In this document: positions 44,244 to 54,641 of the stretch, in pieces | Layout of the letters: each line of letters opens with the position of its first letter | How positions within the stretch are numbered: the stretch's first letter is position 1 | Assembly (NCBI GenBank): GCA_028714315.1 | Contig: JAQTMN010000001.1 | Location: 49,578 to 113,577, forward strand | From: Sulfuricella sp. | Lineage (GTDB): Bacteria > Pseudomonadota > Gammaproteobacteria > Burkholderiales > Sulfuricellaceae | Direction of reading: 5' to 3' | Length of the DNA: 64,000 bases | Notes under the pieces: model-generated | The model's database searches: none | Seen by the model: the letters and a program-made list of their open reading frames with translations, nothing else | What the model was told of the DNA's origin: nothing | Made by a program: the position numbers and the translations under genes

Positions 44244-45485
44244 ATGCACCTCATCCGTCCCTTTGCCGGATTAAGACCAGCCCACTCCCGAGCTGCCGCC
44301 GTGGCAGCGCCGCCCTACGACGTGCTTTCCACGGAGGAAGCGAGGATGCGCGCGGCGGGCAAGCCATGGAGTTTCCTGCACATTTCCAAGCCGGAAATCG
44401 ACCTGCCGGCCGGCACCAATCCCTACGCCGCGGAAGTTTACGCCAAGGCGGCGGAAAACCTGAAGACCATGCTGGCCGAAGGCATCCTGGCGCGCGATGC
44501 CGCGCCCTGCTATTACGTCTACCGCCTGGTCATGGGCACGCACGTCCAGACCGGGTTGGTGGCCGCGGCCGCGGTGGCGGACTACGACACCAACCGCATC
44601 CGCAAGCACGAATTCACCCGGCCCGACAAGGAAGACGACCGGGTGCGCCAGATCGAAGCGCTCAACGCCCAGACCGGCCCGGTGCTGCTGGCCTACCCCA
44701 ACGAGAAAGAGGTGGACGATATCCTGGCTCAGGCCTCGACGGCGGCGCCCGACGCCGATGTCACGGCGGACGACGGCATTCGCCACAGCCTGTGGGTGAT
44801 ACGCGACCTGGGAATCCTCGACAAGCTGACCGCCGCCTTCGACGCCATGCCGGCGCTGTATATCGCCGACGGCCACCACCGTTCGGCCGCCGCGTCGCGC
44901 GTGGCAGCGGCGCGCAAAGCCGCCAACCCCGATCATTTCGGGGAGGAGAGCTACAACTATTTCCTGTCGGTGATCTTCCCCCATCACCAGATGAAGATCA
45001 TGGATTACAACCGCATCGTGACCGACCTGAACGGCCTGGACGAAACGGAGTTTCTGCAGCGGATCGGGGAGAAATTTTCGGTGCGGGCCAGCGACGCGCC
45101 AGTCAAGCCGGCCAAGCCGCATGAATTCGGCCTCTATTTGCCGGGGCGTTGGTACCGCCTGGAAATCCGCCCGGAACTCGTTCCCTCGGCCGACCCGGTG
45201 GCGCGCCTCGACGTGAGCCTACTGCAAGACAACCTGATCACCCCGATCCTAGGCATCGACGATCCGCGCCGCGACAAGCGCATCGATTTCGTCGGCGGCA
45301 TCCGCGGTTTGCCGGAACTGGAAAAGCGCGTCGACAGCGGCGAAATGGCCGCCGCATTCGCCCTGTTCCCGACCGGTATGGAAGATTTGATGGCAGTGGC
45401 GGACGCGGGCGAGGTGATGCCGCCCAAGTCAACCTGGTTCGAGCCCAAGCTGGCGGACGGGTTGGTGTCGCACGTGCTGGATTGA
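44244..45485 (+). CDS. DUF1015 family protein
   Basis: IRPFAGLRP, PPYDV, IRKHEFT, YIADGHHR and MPPKSTWFEPKL. Confidence 0.9.
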   Translation: MHLIRPFAGLRPAHSRAAAVAAPPYDVLSTEEARMRAAGKPWSFLHISKPEIDLPAGTNPYAAEVYAKAAENLKTMLAEGILARDAAPCYYVYRLVMGTHVQTGLVAAAAVADYDTNRIRKHEFTRPDKEDDRVRQIEALNAQTGPVLLAYPNEKEVDDILAQASTAAPDADVTADDGIRHSLWVIRDLGILDKLTAAFDAMPALYIADGHHRSAAASRVAAARKAANPDHFGEESYNYFLSVIFPHHQMKIMDYNRIVTDLNGLDETEFLQRIGEKFSVRASDAPVKPAKPHEFGLYLPGRWYRLEIRPELVPSADPVARLDVSLLQDNLITPILGIDDPRRDKRIDFVGGIRGLPELEKRVDSGEMAAAFALFPTGMEDLMAVADAGEVMPPKSTWFEPKLADGLVSHVLD

Positions 45486-45640
45486 TCCTAAAAACCTCAT
45501 TTACCAAGGGGAAACACGGGGCGTGCGGGAAACGGCGTGAGATTTTGAATGTAACCTTCGCACCCAATGGGTGATTGGGCAAACACGCAACAAATTGATT
45601 TTACCCCGTGTTCCCCGTGGTTAACTGCGTTTTTTAGGTT
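45485..45640. repeat. MITE-like element of the same family as 9293-9600
   Basis: ATCCTAAAAACCTCATTT...AACTGCGTTTTTTAGGTT ends with central CACCCAATGGGTG palindrome. Confidence 0.7.
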
Positions 45641-45735
45641 GATGCAAGAGGCGGCCGGCTAACGATCATGGCGAAATCGCCGCTGTACGGCGGAAGCCGT
45701 ACCCACAACGACTTGCTCCCGTTTTCGCGAGTTCG

Positions 45736-46950
45736 CTACCTGATATAGTCGAACAGCGACAATCCCTGGATTTTCACAAACGATTGCTGCGCCGCTTCCA
45801 GGCTGGTCTGTTCCTTGGCCAAATCGGTGAGGGCCTGGGTGTAATCCAGGTCCTGCAACGTCGAAAGAGTTTGCTTGTACTGCAACTGAAGGTCGGCCCC
45901 TGCAATTTGGGCCGCATCGTTTTCGTTCATCCGCGCCCCGACCGAAGCGCGCACCGTCGAGATGTTTTGCAGCGCCTGGTCCAGATTCTGTATGGCTGTC
46001 CTGACGCCATTGGTGAGCTTGGCGAAGTCCGCGGCACTCCCGCTGGCGGGGGTTTCGAGTTGGGCGATCAGGTCGCCAAGCGTCTTGAACATGTCCACGT
46101 TGCTGCTGCCTCGCACCGTGAAGGTATCCCCTGCCTGCGGTGTTCCCTTGATGCTCATCGACCAGCCGTTGTAGCTGATGACGCCTCCGGCCGCGAACGA
46201 AGCGCCGGTCGCCAAAGCGGCCCCGGTGGTGGCGTCGGCCACATCGAATGTCGTCGCGGAAGTGAACTGGATGGTCACGGCATCTCGCAGATCGGGGTTG
46301 GCCAGATTGGTCACCGTGGCCGGTTCGATTACGCCGGTACCGGTGTTCGCGGCATCCGCAGCCGCGACGATGGTGCCGTTGCCGTTCCTGATGCCTTGAA
46401 AAACGTCCGCCCCGGAATCGCTCACCGCAATCTGCCGCGACGTGGTGATCTGGACCAGGCGCTGGCCCTGGTCGCCCTGATACGTCACGCCGGTTCCCGA
46501 TGCGTTTTCCGCAAACGGCCTGGTGGTGCCCTTATAACCGGAAAACAGGTACTGGCCGTTGCCGTCCGTGCTATTCGCCAGCCCCAGCAATGCCTGGTAG
46601 CTGCCGCGCAAGGCCGTCGCCATGCCGGCGCGGTTCTGGTCGGTGACCGTCGAATTGGGGGCCTGGAGCGCCGAGGTCCTTACGTCCAGCAACAGGCCGA
46701 CGATACTGCCCAGGGTGGTGTCCTCCATCTCCAGCGCGCTGGTCGCCGATCCCATGTTGGTGTCGTATTGTTTGTTGAGCGAACTCGATTGGCTCACTTC
46801 CAGCACCTTGGCCGAAGCGATCGGATCGTCCGCGGGCGTCAGGATGCGGCGGGAAGCCGCGATCTGCTGCTGGGTTTTAAGGAAGTCGGCAGCCTGCTGC
46901 TGGATGCCGCCGACACCCGATTCGTATATCGTGTTGGTGCTGATGCGCAT
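45736..46950 (-). CDS. flgL: Flagellar hook-associated protein 3
   Basis: MRISTN.., PADDP, YLFSG and LSLFDYI; follows flgK. Confidence 0.95.
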   Translation of the reverse strand: MRISTNTIYESGVGGIQQQAADFLKTQQQIAASRRILTPADDPIASAKVLEVSQSSSLNKQYDTNMGSATSALEMEDTTLGSIVGLLLDVRTSALQAPNSTVTDQNRAGMATALRGSYQALLGLANSTDGNGQYLFSGYKGTTRPFAENASGTGVTYQGDQGQRLVQITTSRQIAVSDSGADVFQGIRNGNGTIVAAADAANTGTGVIEPATVTNLANPDLRDAVTIQFTSATTFDVADATTGAALATGASFAAGGVISYNGWSMSIKGTPQAGDTFTVRGSSNVDMFKTLGDLIAQLETPASGSAADFAKLTNGVRTAIQNLDQALQNISTVRASVGARMNENDAAQIAGADLQLQYKQTLSTLQDLDYTQALTDLAKEQTSLEAAQQSFVKIQGLSLFDYIR

Positions 46951-46960
46951 GATTTGCTCC

Positions 46961-48898
46961 TTAGTTGCCCAGGCTGAGCAGGGTATCGAACAGGGTCGAG
47001 GAAATCTGCATCATCTTGCCGGCCGCCTGATAGGCTTGTTGATAACGCATCAGGTTGGCCGCCTCTTCGTCTAGATTGACCCCGGACACAGACTGTTGCG
47101 CCTGCCGGGTCTGCACCAGCAGGTTTGCCTGTCCCTTGGCCGCCACCTGAACCTCGCGGGTCTTGTTGCCGACAAAACTGACCAGCTGGCTGTAAGCGCC
47201 CTGATAGGAAGTCGTGCCGCCGGCAAGGGTGTTTTGGGTTTGCAGCCCGGCCAGCAGCAAGGCGTTGCGGTTGTCGGAAACACCAGTGGTATTGGGGCCG
47301 ACGGTAAAAGTGTCGCCGGAAGCCGGCGCGCCGGTCAATTGCACCGTCCAGCCGTTATAGGTTGCCGACGCGCCGGTAGCGGGATCGTAGGCCACGCTGG
47401 CGGCGAGCACAGTGGAAGTGGTGTTGTCGGTAACGCTGAAATGCGTCGGATCGATAAAAGCGATCGTCACGTTGTCTCGCAGGTTGGCATCGGCGGGCGG
47501 CGGCGGGTTGACGCTGCCCGCGCTGATTTTCCCCAAACCCATATTGGCCAACGCCGCGTTGGTGACGATCGGCGCAGCGGCGGCTATCCTGGATGTATCG
47601 CTGATCGCCACGCCGATATCCCTCGCCCCGTTGCGGGTCGGCTGAATCAGGAAACTCGCGGTATCGGTTGCCACCGCAGGCGGAGCAACCACAATGCTCA
47701 AACCGTCCGCTACGAACGGGTCGGCAGGCGTGCCGGTTCCCGTCATGGCGACAATCTGGTTCGTCGTCGCATTGAGCATTTTCCAGGCGGAGCCATCATA
47801 GGTCAGGCGGTAATTGCCGGTCGTCAGCGCGCCGGCATCGCTGATGGTAACAGCGGCATCCGCTCCCGCCGAGTTGAGCGCATTGGGAATTACCCTCGGT
47901 GCCGACACGTTGAAAAAATCGCCCCCCATCGCCCCGTTTTGATCCATACCCAGCCGGTGCTGGTCGTTGAACGTTTGCGCCAAGCCGATCGCCACGCGGC
48001 CCAATGCATTCTGGGCGGAATCAAGAGCCTCACTGCGGAAGGCCAGAATTCCGCCGAGACTACCGCCCTGCAGGGCGCCCTGCCCCAGCAGAATCGTGCT
48101 CCCGCCCACGTCCATCCCCACCTCGAGCTGCTGGGGGTCTTCCAGCGAAGAGGCCGTCGTCAGGGCAAACGACTGCTGTCCGACGACCAGGGTCTGGCCC
48201 TTGCCGATGAAGACATTGAGGCTGCCATCGTCCTGCTTGACCGTCGTGACCTGAACGATTTTACTGAGGTCCGCGATCAGCTGGTCGCGCTGGTCGAGGA
48301 GATCGTTGGCCGGCTGCAAGTCGCTCCCAACGCTCTGGGCCAGCACGATTTGCCTATTGATGCCGGCAATTTGCTGCGCATAAGAGTTGATCTCCGCGAC
48401 GCTGCTCACGATCTCGCCATTGACGCCGCCGCGGATCTCCTGGAAGCGCTGATCGAGCGCCTGGAAGCGGGAAACTACCGCCTGCGCGCCGCTCAACATC
48501 GCTTGGCGCGAAGGAGTCGATGCAAAATTCGACGCGACATCCTGTACGCCGTTAAAAAAATCCTGCAATGCCGGCGACAATCCCGCAGTGGAATCGGCCA
48601 GCATGTTGTCGATCTGGGTAATCTGGACGTTATAGGCATCCAGCTGGCTGGACTGGGCCTGCGCCTGCATCACCTGGCTGTTCAGGACATCGTTATAGAT
48701 GCGCCTGATCGTATCCACGTGCGCACCCTGCCCGATGAAGCCGATGCCGGAAGACAGCGGAATATTGCTGCTCTGGGCCACCTGCTGACGGCTGTAGCCG
48801 GGCGTATTGACGTTGGCGATATTGTGGCCGGTCGTCAAAAGTCCGGCCTGAGCCGCATTCAAGGCGCTGATACCGATTCCGAAGATGCTGTTTCCCAT
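46961..48898 (-). CDS. flgK: Flagellar hook-associated protein 1
   Basis: GHNIANVNTPGYSRQ and SGVNLDEEAANLMRYQQAY. Confidence 0.96.
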   Translation of the reverse strand: MGNSIFGIGISALNAAQAGLLTTGHNIANVNTPGYSRQQVAQSSNIPLSSGIGFIGQGAHVDTIRRIYNDVLNSQVMQAQAQSSQLDAYNVQITQIDNMLADSTAGLSPALQDFFNGVQDVASNFASTPSRQAMLSGAQAVVSRFQALDQRFQEIRGGVNGEIVSSVAEINSYAQQIAGINRQIVLAQSVGSDLQPANDLLDQRDQLIADLSKIVQVTTVKQDDGSLNVFIGKGQTLVVGQQSFALTTASSLEDPQQLEVGMDVGGSTILLGQGALQGGSLGGILAFRSEALDSAQNALGRVAIGLAQTFNDQHRLGMDQNGAMGGDFFNVSAPRVIPNALNSAGADAAVTISDAGALTTGNYRLTYDGSAWKMLNATTNQIVAMTGTGTPADPFVADGLSIVVAPPAVATDTASFLIQPTRNGARDIGVAISDTSRIAAAAPIVTNAALANMGLGKISAGSVNPPPPADANLRDNVTIAFIDPTHFSVTDNTTSTVLAASVAYDPATGASATYNGWTVQLTGAPASGDTFTVGPNTTGVSDNRNALLLAGLQTQNTLAGGTTSYQGAYSQLVSFVGNKTREVQVAAKGQANLLVQTRQAQQSVSGVNLDEEAANLMRYQQAYQAAGKMMQISSTLFDTLLSLGN

Positions 48899-48960
48899 TT
48901 GATTTCTCCTGGCTCCCGGAATGCCGCTTGGGCACGTTTCCCTCTCGCCGATTCAATGAT

Positions 48961-48987
48961 TTATCGGCAACAAAACCCGAAACTTGA
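48961..48987 (-). promoter_or_regulatory. Sigma-28 (FliA) promoter of flgKL
   Basis: TCAA-N15-GCCGATAA on the minus strand, upstream of flgK. Confidence 0.8.
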
Positions 48988-48988
48988 C

Positions 48989-49942
48989 CTATCCGGCCAG
49001 CGCCTGCCGCATGGTTTCGCTGTTCACCACGCGCGCGAGCTTGCTGGCATAGGCCGGGTCGGTGGCATAGCCGGCCCGCTGCAGCGCATGCGCAAAGCCG
49101 GCCGCATCGCTGTTCTGCCCGACCACGCCCTGGTAGCGCGGGCTGCTCCGCAACAGGTCCGCATAGTCGCGGAAGCTTTCCGCATACGAACCGTAGGCAC
49201 GAAACTGTTCCTGCCTGGCCTGTGGCGCCCCGTTGACGTATTCGGTCGTGGCCGCCGCGACTTGGGCGCCTTCCGATTTGGCGCCCGCCTTGATGCCGAA
49301 CAGGTTGTGGCTGTTTTTGCCGTCCGCGGCAAGAATTTGCCGCTTGCCCCAGCCGCTTTCCAGCGCGGCCTGCCCGAGCAGGTAATGCGGCGGAATGCCG
49401 AGCGCCTTGCCCGCCTCCACCGCGTGAGGCCAAAGCGCGTCGACGAATTCCTTGGGGGTTTTGAAGGCAGTACCAAGCGCTGAGTCCCGAGTGCGGGGCG
49501 CGGAATCCTGGGTGCCCGTCGCGGGGCTCTGGCTAACGGCTTCGGAAGCCTGCCCATCCATAACCGTCGGCCGGGACGCCGGCATCGACACGGGAGCATG
49601 CCCGGAGGCCTGGGCCGGGGAGTCGGCACTGACGATACCGGCGCGAGTCAGCTGCTTCACCATCATGTCGGCTAGGCCGATGCCCTTGCCGGCTGACAGC
49701 TTCTGTGCCAGCTGTTGATCGTAAAGCTGGGTATAGAGCTTGCCTTGCTCGCTGTCGAGCAATCCATCCTGCGGCGTTGCTTCGCGCATGCTCTTGAGCA
49801 GCATGTTCACGAAGATGCTTTCGAATTGCTGGGCCACCGTCCTGAGCGCGGCATCGGGTTCGTTTTTCGCTTGCAGGCGAAGCTTGCCGACGCTTTGCGC
49901 GTCGAGCGCGAATCCGGAAGAAATGTCCTGTGCCGGAAGCAT
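48989..49942 (-). CDS. flgJ: Flagellar rod assembly protein / muramidase
   Basis: AQQFESIF, QAALESGWG, NLFGIKA and GYATDPAY. Confidence 0.96.
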   Translation of the reverse strand: MLPAQDISSGFALDAQSVGKLRLQAKNEPDAALRTVAQQFESIFVNMLLKSMREATPQDGLLDSEQGKLYTQLYDQQLAQKLSAGKGIGLADMMVKQLTRAGIVSADSPAQASGHAPVSMPASRPTVMDGQASEAVSQSPATGTQDSAPRTRDSALGTAFKTPKEFVDALWPHAVEAGKALGIPPHYLLGQAALESGWGKRQILAADGKNSHNLFGIKAGAKSEGAQVAAATTEYVNGAPQARQEQFRAYGSYAESFRDYADLLRSSPRYQGVVGQNSDAAGFAHALQRAGYATDPAYASKLARVVNSETMRQALAG

Positions 49943-49943
49943 G

Positions 49944-51047
49944 TCAGATAACTTCCAGATCGGCGCGCAGAGCGCCCGCCGCCTTCATCGCCTGGAGAAT
50001 GGCAAGCAGGTCCTGCGGCGTGGCGCCCACCGCGTTGAGCGCCTTCACCACATCGTTGAGAGACGCACTCTTTGGCAGGGGCACCAGACCGCCCTTTTCC
50101 GCCTTGATGTCGATTTGCGTCTTCTGCACCACCACCGTTTCGCCGCCAGAAAACGGCGCCGGCTGGCTCACCATCGGGTCGCTGGAAATGGTCACGGTCA
50201 GGCTGCCATGGGCAACCGCGCAGGCATCGATCATGACCGACTTGTTCATCACGATCGATCCGGTGCGCGCATTCATGATCACCTTCGCCAGCATTTCGCC
50301 CGGCACCACGCTCAAATTCTCCATGCGCGCCAGGAAAGAAACCCGCAAATTGCTGTCGCGCGGCGCCAGCACCCTGATCACCCGCCCGTTCTCCGCGTTG
50401 GCCGTACCCTCGCCGAAGGAGCGATTGACCGAGGTGACCACCCGGCTGGCGGTGGTGTAATCGGAGTCTTTCAGTTCCAGCGTAATGTAGTCGCCCTGCC
50501 CAAGACTGGTTTCGACAGCGCGTTCGACCGTTGCGCCATCGGTGATGCGGCCGACGCTCAGCTGGTTGACCTGGACGCTGGCGCCACCGGCCGATGCACC
50601 CACGCCGCCCACCATCAGGTTGCCTTGCGCCATGCCGTAAACCTGTCCGTCCGCGCCTTTCAGCGGCGTCATCACCAGCGTGCCGCCGCGCAGGCTCTTG
50701 GCGTTGCCGATGGACGAAACGGTCACGTCGATGGTCTGGCCGGGCTTGGCGAAGGGCGGCAGCACTGCCGTCACCGTCACCGCCGCCACGTTTTTCAGTT
50801 GCAGGCTGGTGCCGGCCGGCAGGTTCACGCCGAGCTGGCCCAACATGCTGATGATGCTTTGCACGGTAAAGGGCGTCTGCGTAGTCTGGTCGCCGCTGCC
50901 GTCCAGCCCGACCACGATGCCATAGCCGACCAACTGGTTGTTGCGCACGCCCTGAATGTTGGCCAGGTCCTTGATGCGGTCCGCCTGGACCGGCATGGCG
51001 AGCAGCGCGGCGGCGAGGAACGCCAGGGTTTTTGCGAATTTAGCCAT
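49944..51047 (-). CDS. flgI: Flagellar P-ring protein
   Basis: RIKDLA..GVRNNQLVGYG and SLRGGTL. Alternative start at 51059. Confidence 0.97.
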   Translation of the reverse strand: MAKFAKTLAFLAAALLAMPVQADRIKDLANIQGVRNNQLVGYGIVVGLDGSGDQTTQTPFTVQSIISMLGQLGVNLPAGTSLQLKNVAAVTVTAVLPPFAKPGQTIDVTVSSIGNAKSLRGGTLVMTPLKGADGQVYGMAQGNLMVGGVGASAGGASVQVNQLSVGRITDGATVERAVETSLGQGDYITLELKDSDYTTASRVVTSVNRSFGEGTANAENGRVIRVLAPRDSNLRVSFLARMENLSVVPGEMLAKVIMNARTGSIVMNKSVMIDACAVAHGSLTVTISSDPMVSQPAPFSGGETVVVQKTQIDIKAEKGGLVPLPKSASLNDVVKALNAVGATPQDLLAILQAMKAAGALRADLEVI

Positions 51048-51062
51048 TTTCAACCTCATCGC

Positions 51063-51737
51063 TCAGAACGGCAGCACCGACATGAAAAATTTTGTCATCC
51101 AGCCCATCGCCTGGGCGGAATCGATCTCACCCCGGCCCTTGAATTCGATTCGGGCATCGGCCACCTGGGTGGACAGCACGGTATTGGCCGACGTAATCAC
51201 GACCGGGCTTACCACGCCGGAAAAGCGCACGTATTCGGTTCCTTCGTTGATGCCCATCTGCTTCTCGCCGCTGACCAGCAGGTTGCCGTTGGGCAGCACA
51301 TCAACCACCGTCACGGTGATGGTGCCGGAAAAGGCGTTCTTCTGCGAACTGTCGCCCTTGCCCTCGAATTTTTGCGCGCCGCTGGCGCTGAGGCTGGTGC
51401 CGAGAGGCTTGATGGTCTGGCCCAGAATCATGGGTGCGGCGTCCATCGCCTGGGTTGCGCTGCTCGATTTCGCGCCGGTCGAACTCACGTTCTTGCTGGC
51501 GCTGGTGGTCTCGACGATGCTGATGGTGAGGATATCCCCGACGTTGCGGGCGCGGCGATCCTCGAACAGCGGATTGGCGTAGTTCGACCGGTAAATGGTA
51601 CCGTTGGCGGCCGTGCGTTCCGGCACCGGCGTTGAACGGGCGCTCATCGGCTGGTGGACGTTGGTGGACGGCACGGTCGAACAGCCGGCCAACACAGCAA
51701 TCGCCATCAAGCCGGCGCATATCCCAAATTTGTTCAT
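51063..51737 (-). CDS. flgH: Flagellar L-ring lipoprotein
   Basis: LAGC lipobox, LFEDRRARNVGD and LPNGNL. Confidence 0.96.
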   Translation of the reverse strand: MNKFGICAGLMAIAVLAGCSTVPSTNVHQPMSARSTPVPERTAANGTIYRSNYANPLFEDRRARNVGDILTISIVETTSASKNVSSTGAKSSSATQAMDAAPMILGQTIKPLGTSLSASGAQKFEGKGDSSQKNAFSGTITVTVVDVLPNGNLLVSGEKQMGINEGTEYVRFSGVVSPVVITSANTVLSTQVADARIEFKGRGEIDSAQAMGWMTKFFMSVLPF

Positions 51738-51761
51738 GGCATTATTCCCTGCTCGCCCTCA

Positions 51762-52544
51762 TTACATCTGCGTCAATTTCTGCAGCATCTGGTCGGAAGT
51801 CGTGATGGCCTTGGAGTTGATCTCGTAAGCGCGCTGCGCCTGGATCATATTCACCATTTCCTCCACCACGTTGACGTTGGAAGTCTCGACATAACCCTGA
51901 TTCAACACCCCCAGGCCATTCGTTCCCGGCGTATTGGCCGATGGCGCTCCGGAAGCCGCCGTTTCCTGGAACAGATTCTCGCCGATGCTCTGCAACCCTG
52001 CCGGGTTGATGAAACCCGCCAACTGGATGCTGCCGATCTGGGTCGGCGCGCTCGATCCCGGCTGCGTCACCGACACTGTGCCATCCTTGGCGATGGTAAC
52101 GGTCTGTGCGTTGGAAGGAATCGTCAGCGCGGGCTGTACCGGATAGCCGCTGGCAGTCACCACCTGCCCCTGGTTGTCGATCTGGAACGAACCGTCCCGG
52201 GTATAAGCCGTGGCACCGTCCGGCATCAATATCTGAAAAAAGCCCTTGCCGCTGATCGCCACATCCAGGTTGCTGCCCGTCTGCTGCATGTTGCCCTGGG
52301 TGAAAATCCGCTCCACCGCCACCGGGCGGACGCCGGTGCCGAGCTGCAGGCCGCTGGGCAACTGGGTCTGTTGCGAGGACTGCGCGCCGGGCTGGCGCAG
52401 CGTCTGGTAAAGCAGGTCCTCGAACACTGGGCGCGACCGCTTGAAACCGTTGGTGCTGACGTTCGCCAGGTTGTTGGAGATCACGTCGATATTGGTCTGC
52501 TGAGCATCCAGGCCGGTTTTCGCGATCCATAGTGAGCGAATCAT
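51762..52544 (-). CDS. flgG: Flagellar distal rod protein
   Basis: [21 protein letters not shown] and FEDLLYQ. Confidence 0.97.
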   Translation of the reverse strand: MIRSLWIAKTGLDAQQTNIDVISNNLANVSTNGFKRSRPVFEDLLYQTLRQPGAQSSQQTQLPSGLQLGTGVRPVAVERIFTQGNMQQTGSNLDVAISGKGFFQILMPDGATAYTRDGSFQIDNQGQVVTASGYPVQPALTIPSNAQTVTIAKDGTVSVTQPGSSAPTQIGSIQLAGFINPAGLQSIGENLFQETAASGAPSANTPGTNGLGVLNQGYVETSNVNVVEEMVNMIQAQRAYEINSKAITTSDQMLQKLTQM

Positions 52545-52557
52545 GTCTGGTCAATCC

Positions 52558-53301
52558 TTATGCGTTCAGGTTCATAATCTGGGAGGACTTCTGCGAGTTG
52601 TTCTCCGCGCTTTGCAGCAGCTTCATCTGCATGTCGTACTGCCGCGCCAGGCCGATCATGCTGACCAGGGCATCCACCGCATTCACGTTACTGGTCTCTA
52701 GCGATTTCTGTGCCAGAACCACGTTGACATCCGCCGGGGCGGGCAGGCCGCTTTTCAGGCGAAACAGGCCATCGCCGCTCTTGACCAAATCCGCCTCCGG
52801 CGGATTGACCAGCTTCAACCGCCCGACCGCGGCCATGGTATTGGGCGTTTGCCCATTGGGCACGATCGAAACGGTGCCGTCCTTGGCAATCGTCACTTCC
52901 GCATCGGGGGGAACCGCCAACGGGCCGCCATCGCCCATCACGGTCAGTCCGTTGCGCGTCTGCAGCAAGCCATTGACGCCGACCAGCAAGCTGCCGTTGC
53001 GGGTATAGGCCTCGCTGCCGTCTGCCGCCTGGACGGCGATCCATCCCTTGCCCTGCACCGCCACATCCAGGTCACGGTCCGTGTTCTGGATTACGCCGGA
53101 CGAAAGATCCGCTCCAACCGTCGAGTCCACCACGAATGCGCGAGTTTGCGCCCCATCACCCATCACCGGCAGGGCGCGAAATGCGCTGGCTTCGGCCTTA
53201 TAGCCCACGGTGGAGACATTCGCCAGATTGTGCGACACCAACGCCTGCTGGTTCATGGTGTGCGCGGCGCCGCTCATCGCGACGTAGATCATGCGATCCA
53301 T
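52558..53301 (-). CDS. flgF: Flagellar proximal rod protein
   Basis: MDRMIYVAMSGA and HNLANVST. Confidence 0.96.
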   Translation of the reverse strand: MDRMIYVAMSGAAHTMNQQALVSHNLANVSTVGYKAEASAFRALPVMGDGAQTRAFVVDSTVGADLSSGVIQNTDRDLDVAVQGKGWIAVQAADGSEAYTRNGSLLVGVNGLLQTRNGLTVMGDGGPLAVPPDAEVTIAKDGTVSIVPNGQTPNTMAAVGRLKLVNPPEADLVKSGDGLFRLKSGLPAPADVNVVLAQKSLETSNVNAVDALVSMIGLARQYDMQMKLLQSAENNSQKSSQIMNLNA

Positions 53302-53328
53302 GTCATACGCTCCCGGTTGCTATCCAGA

Positions 53329-54627
53329 TTACCTGAGGTTGACCAGGGTCTGTAACATCGCATCCTGAGTCTTGATGGACTGTGCGTTAGCCTGGTAAAT
53401 CCGCTGTGCGGTAATCATCTTGACCAATTCGGCAGTCATGTCGACGTTGGAATCCTCGGTCGCCGAGGATTGCAGCACGCCCATCCCCGCCGTGCCCGGC
53501 AGGTTCACCAGTGCCTGGCCGGATGCCGACGTGAGCCCCCACTGGTTGCCACCCAGCGACACCAAGCCCTGCGGATTGGAGAAGCTGTAGAGCTGGATCT
53601 GCCCCAGCGGCCTATTCATGCCGTTGGAGTAGTGCCCCAGGATGACACCTTTTCCGTCGATGGCGTAGCTGGCCAGGCTGCCACTCATATTGCCGTTCTG
53701 GGTCGCCGCAGTGACCCCGAACGGGCCGCCATACTGGGTAGCGTTGGACAGATCCAGCTTGATAGGGCCGAAAGAACCCCCTAGCTGGGGATCAATCGCG
53801 GCGAGATTGATCTGGACGCTCGGCGTCGTGCCGGAAGTAGGCTTTCCTGCGGCATCGAATACCAGCGTGGTGAGGGGAGATGCCGTCGCAGCGCCTCCGA
53901 CGGGGCTCAATGCCACGCCGTCCGTGCCGTATCCATCAATCGATAGGTGCACATCCCAGGAATTCGCCGCCGTTTTCACGAAATATAGTGTTGCGGTGTG
54001 GGATATCCCCTGGCTATCGTAAATGGACAGCGAAGTGGAATTGTTGTAGCTCGTGGGGTCCGGTGAAGTGGGCGTCGGCGCGACAGCATTGGGATCGGGG
54101 TCGGTCCAGGTTCCCGTTGGCACTGCCGCATTGGCGTTCAGGTTCATGGTGAGGCCCATGGCCGTAGTCGGGGTCGCGCTCATGTCTTGGGTATTGATCT
54201 GCAGGCCGGCGGTAACCGTGGATAGGTTTCCCGCCGTATCGTAAGCCAGCCCTTGCAACTGGTTGCCCGCGCTGGTAACGATATAGCCGTCCTTGTCCAG
54301 ATGGAACTGGCCGTTGCGCGTGAAATTGGGGCTGGAACTCCCGGCCGGCGCAACGCCAAAGAAACCAGTGCCGTTGATAGCAATGTCCAGCGGGTTGTTG
54401 GTTACCGTGATGTTGCCTTGAGTGAACTGCTGCGCCACGGCCGACAACTGGGTGCCGATGCCCACTGGCGCCACCCCGGACCCCGCCAGCGAAGCGGCGA
54501 ACACATCCCCGAACTGCGCCTGGGCGGCCTTGAATCCGGCCGTGCCCGAGTTGGCCACGTTGTTGCCGACCACATCCAAGTATTTGGAAGCCGCATCCAG
54601 CCCGCTCAATCCCTGTTGTAAGCTCAT
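53329..54627 (-). CDS. flgE: Flagellar hook protein
   Basis: GLSGL..GNNVANS, TRNGQF and QRIYQANAQSIKT. Confidence 0.96.
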   Translation of the reverse strand: MSLQQGLSGLDAASKYLDVVGNNVANSGTAGFKAAQAQFGDVFAASLAGSGVAPVGIGTQLSAVAQQFTQGNITVTNNPLDIAINGTGFFGVAPAGSSSPNFTRNGQFHLDKDGYIVTSAGNQLQGLAYDTAGNLSTVTAGLQINTQDMSATPTTAMGLTMNLNANAAVPTGTWTDPDPNAVAPTPTSPDPTSYNNSTSLSIYDSQGISHTATLYFVKTAANSWDVHLSIDGYGTDGVALSPVGGAATASPLTTLVFDAAGKPTSGTTPSVQINLAAIDPQLGGSFGPIKLDLSNATQYGGPFGVTAATQNGNMSGSLASYAIDGKGVILGHYSNGMNRPLGQIQLYSFSNPQGLVSLGGNQWGLTSASGQALVNLPGTAGMGVLQSSATEDSNVDMTAELVKMITAQRIYQANAQSIKTQDAMLQTLVNLR

Positions 54628-54641
54628 GATTTACTCCCTTC

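Noticed and set aside
47096-51635. Long plus-strand ORFs (795 aa, 631 aa) and similar ones opposite hoxF and the ABC1 kinase
   Set aside because: Antisense shadows of high-GC genes, with no recognisable motifs.
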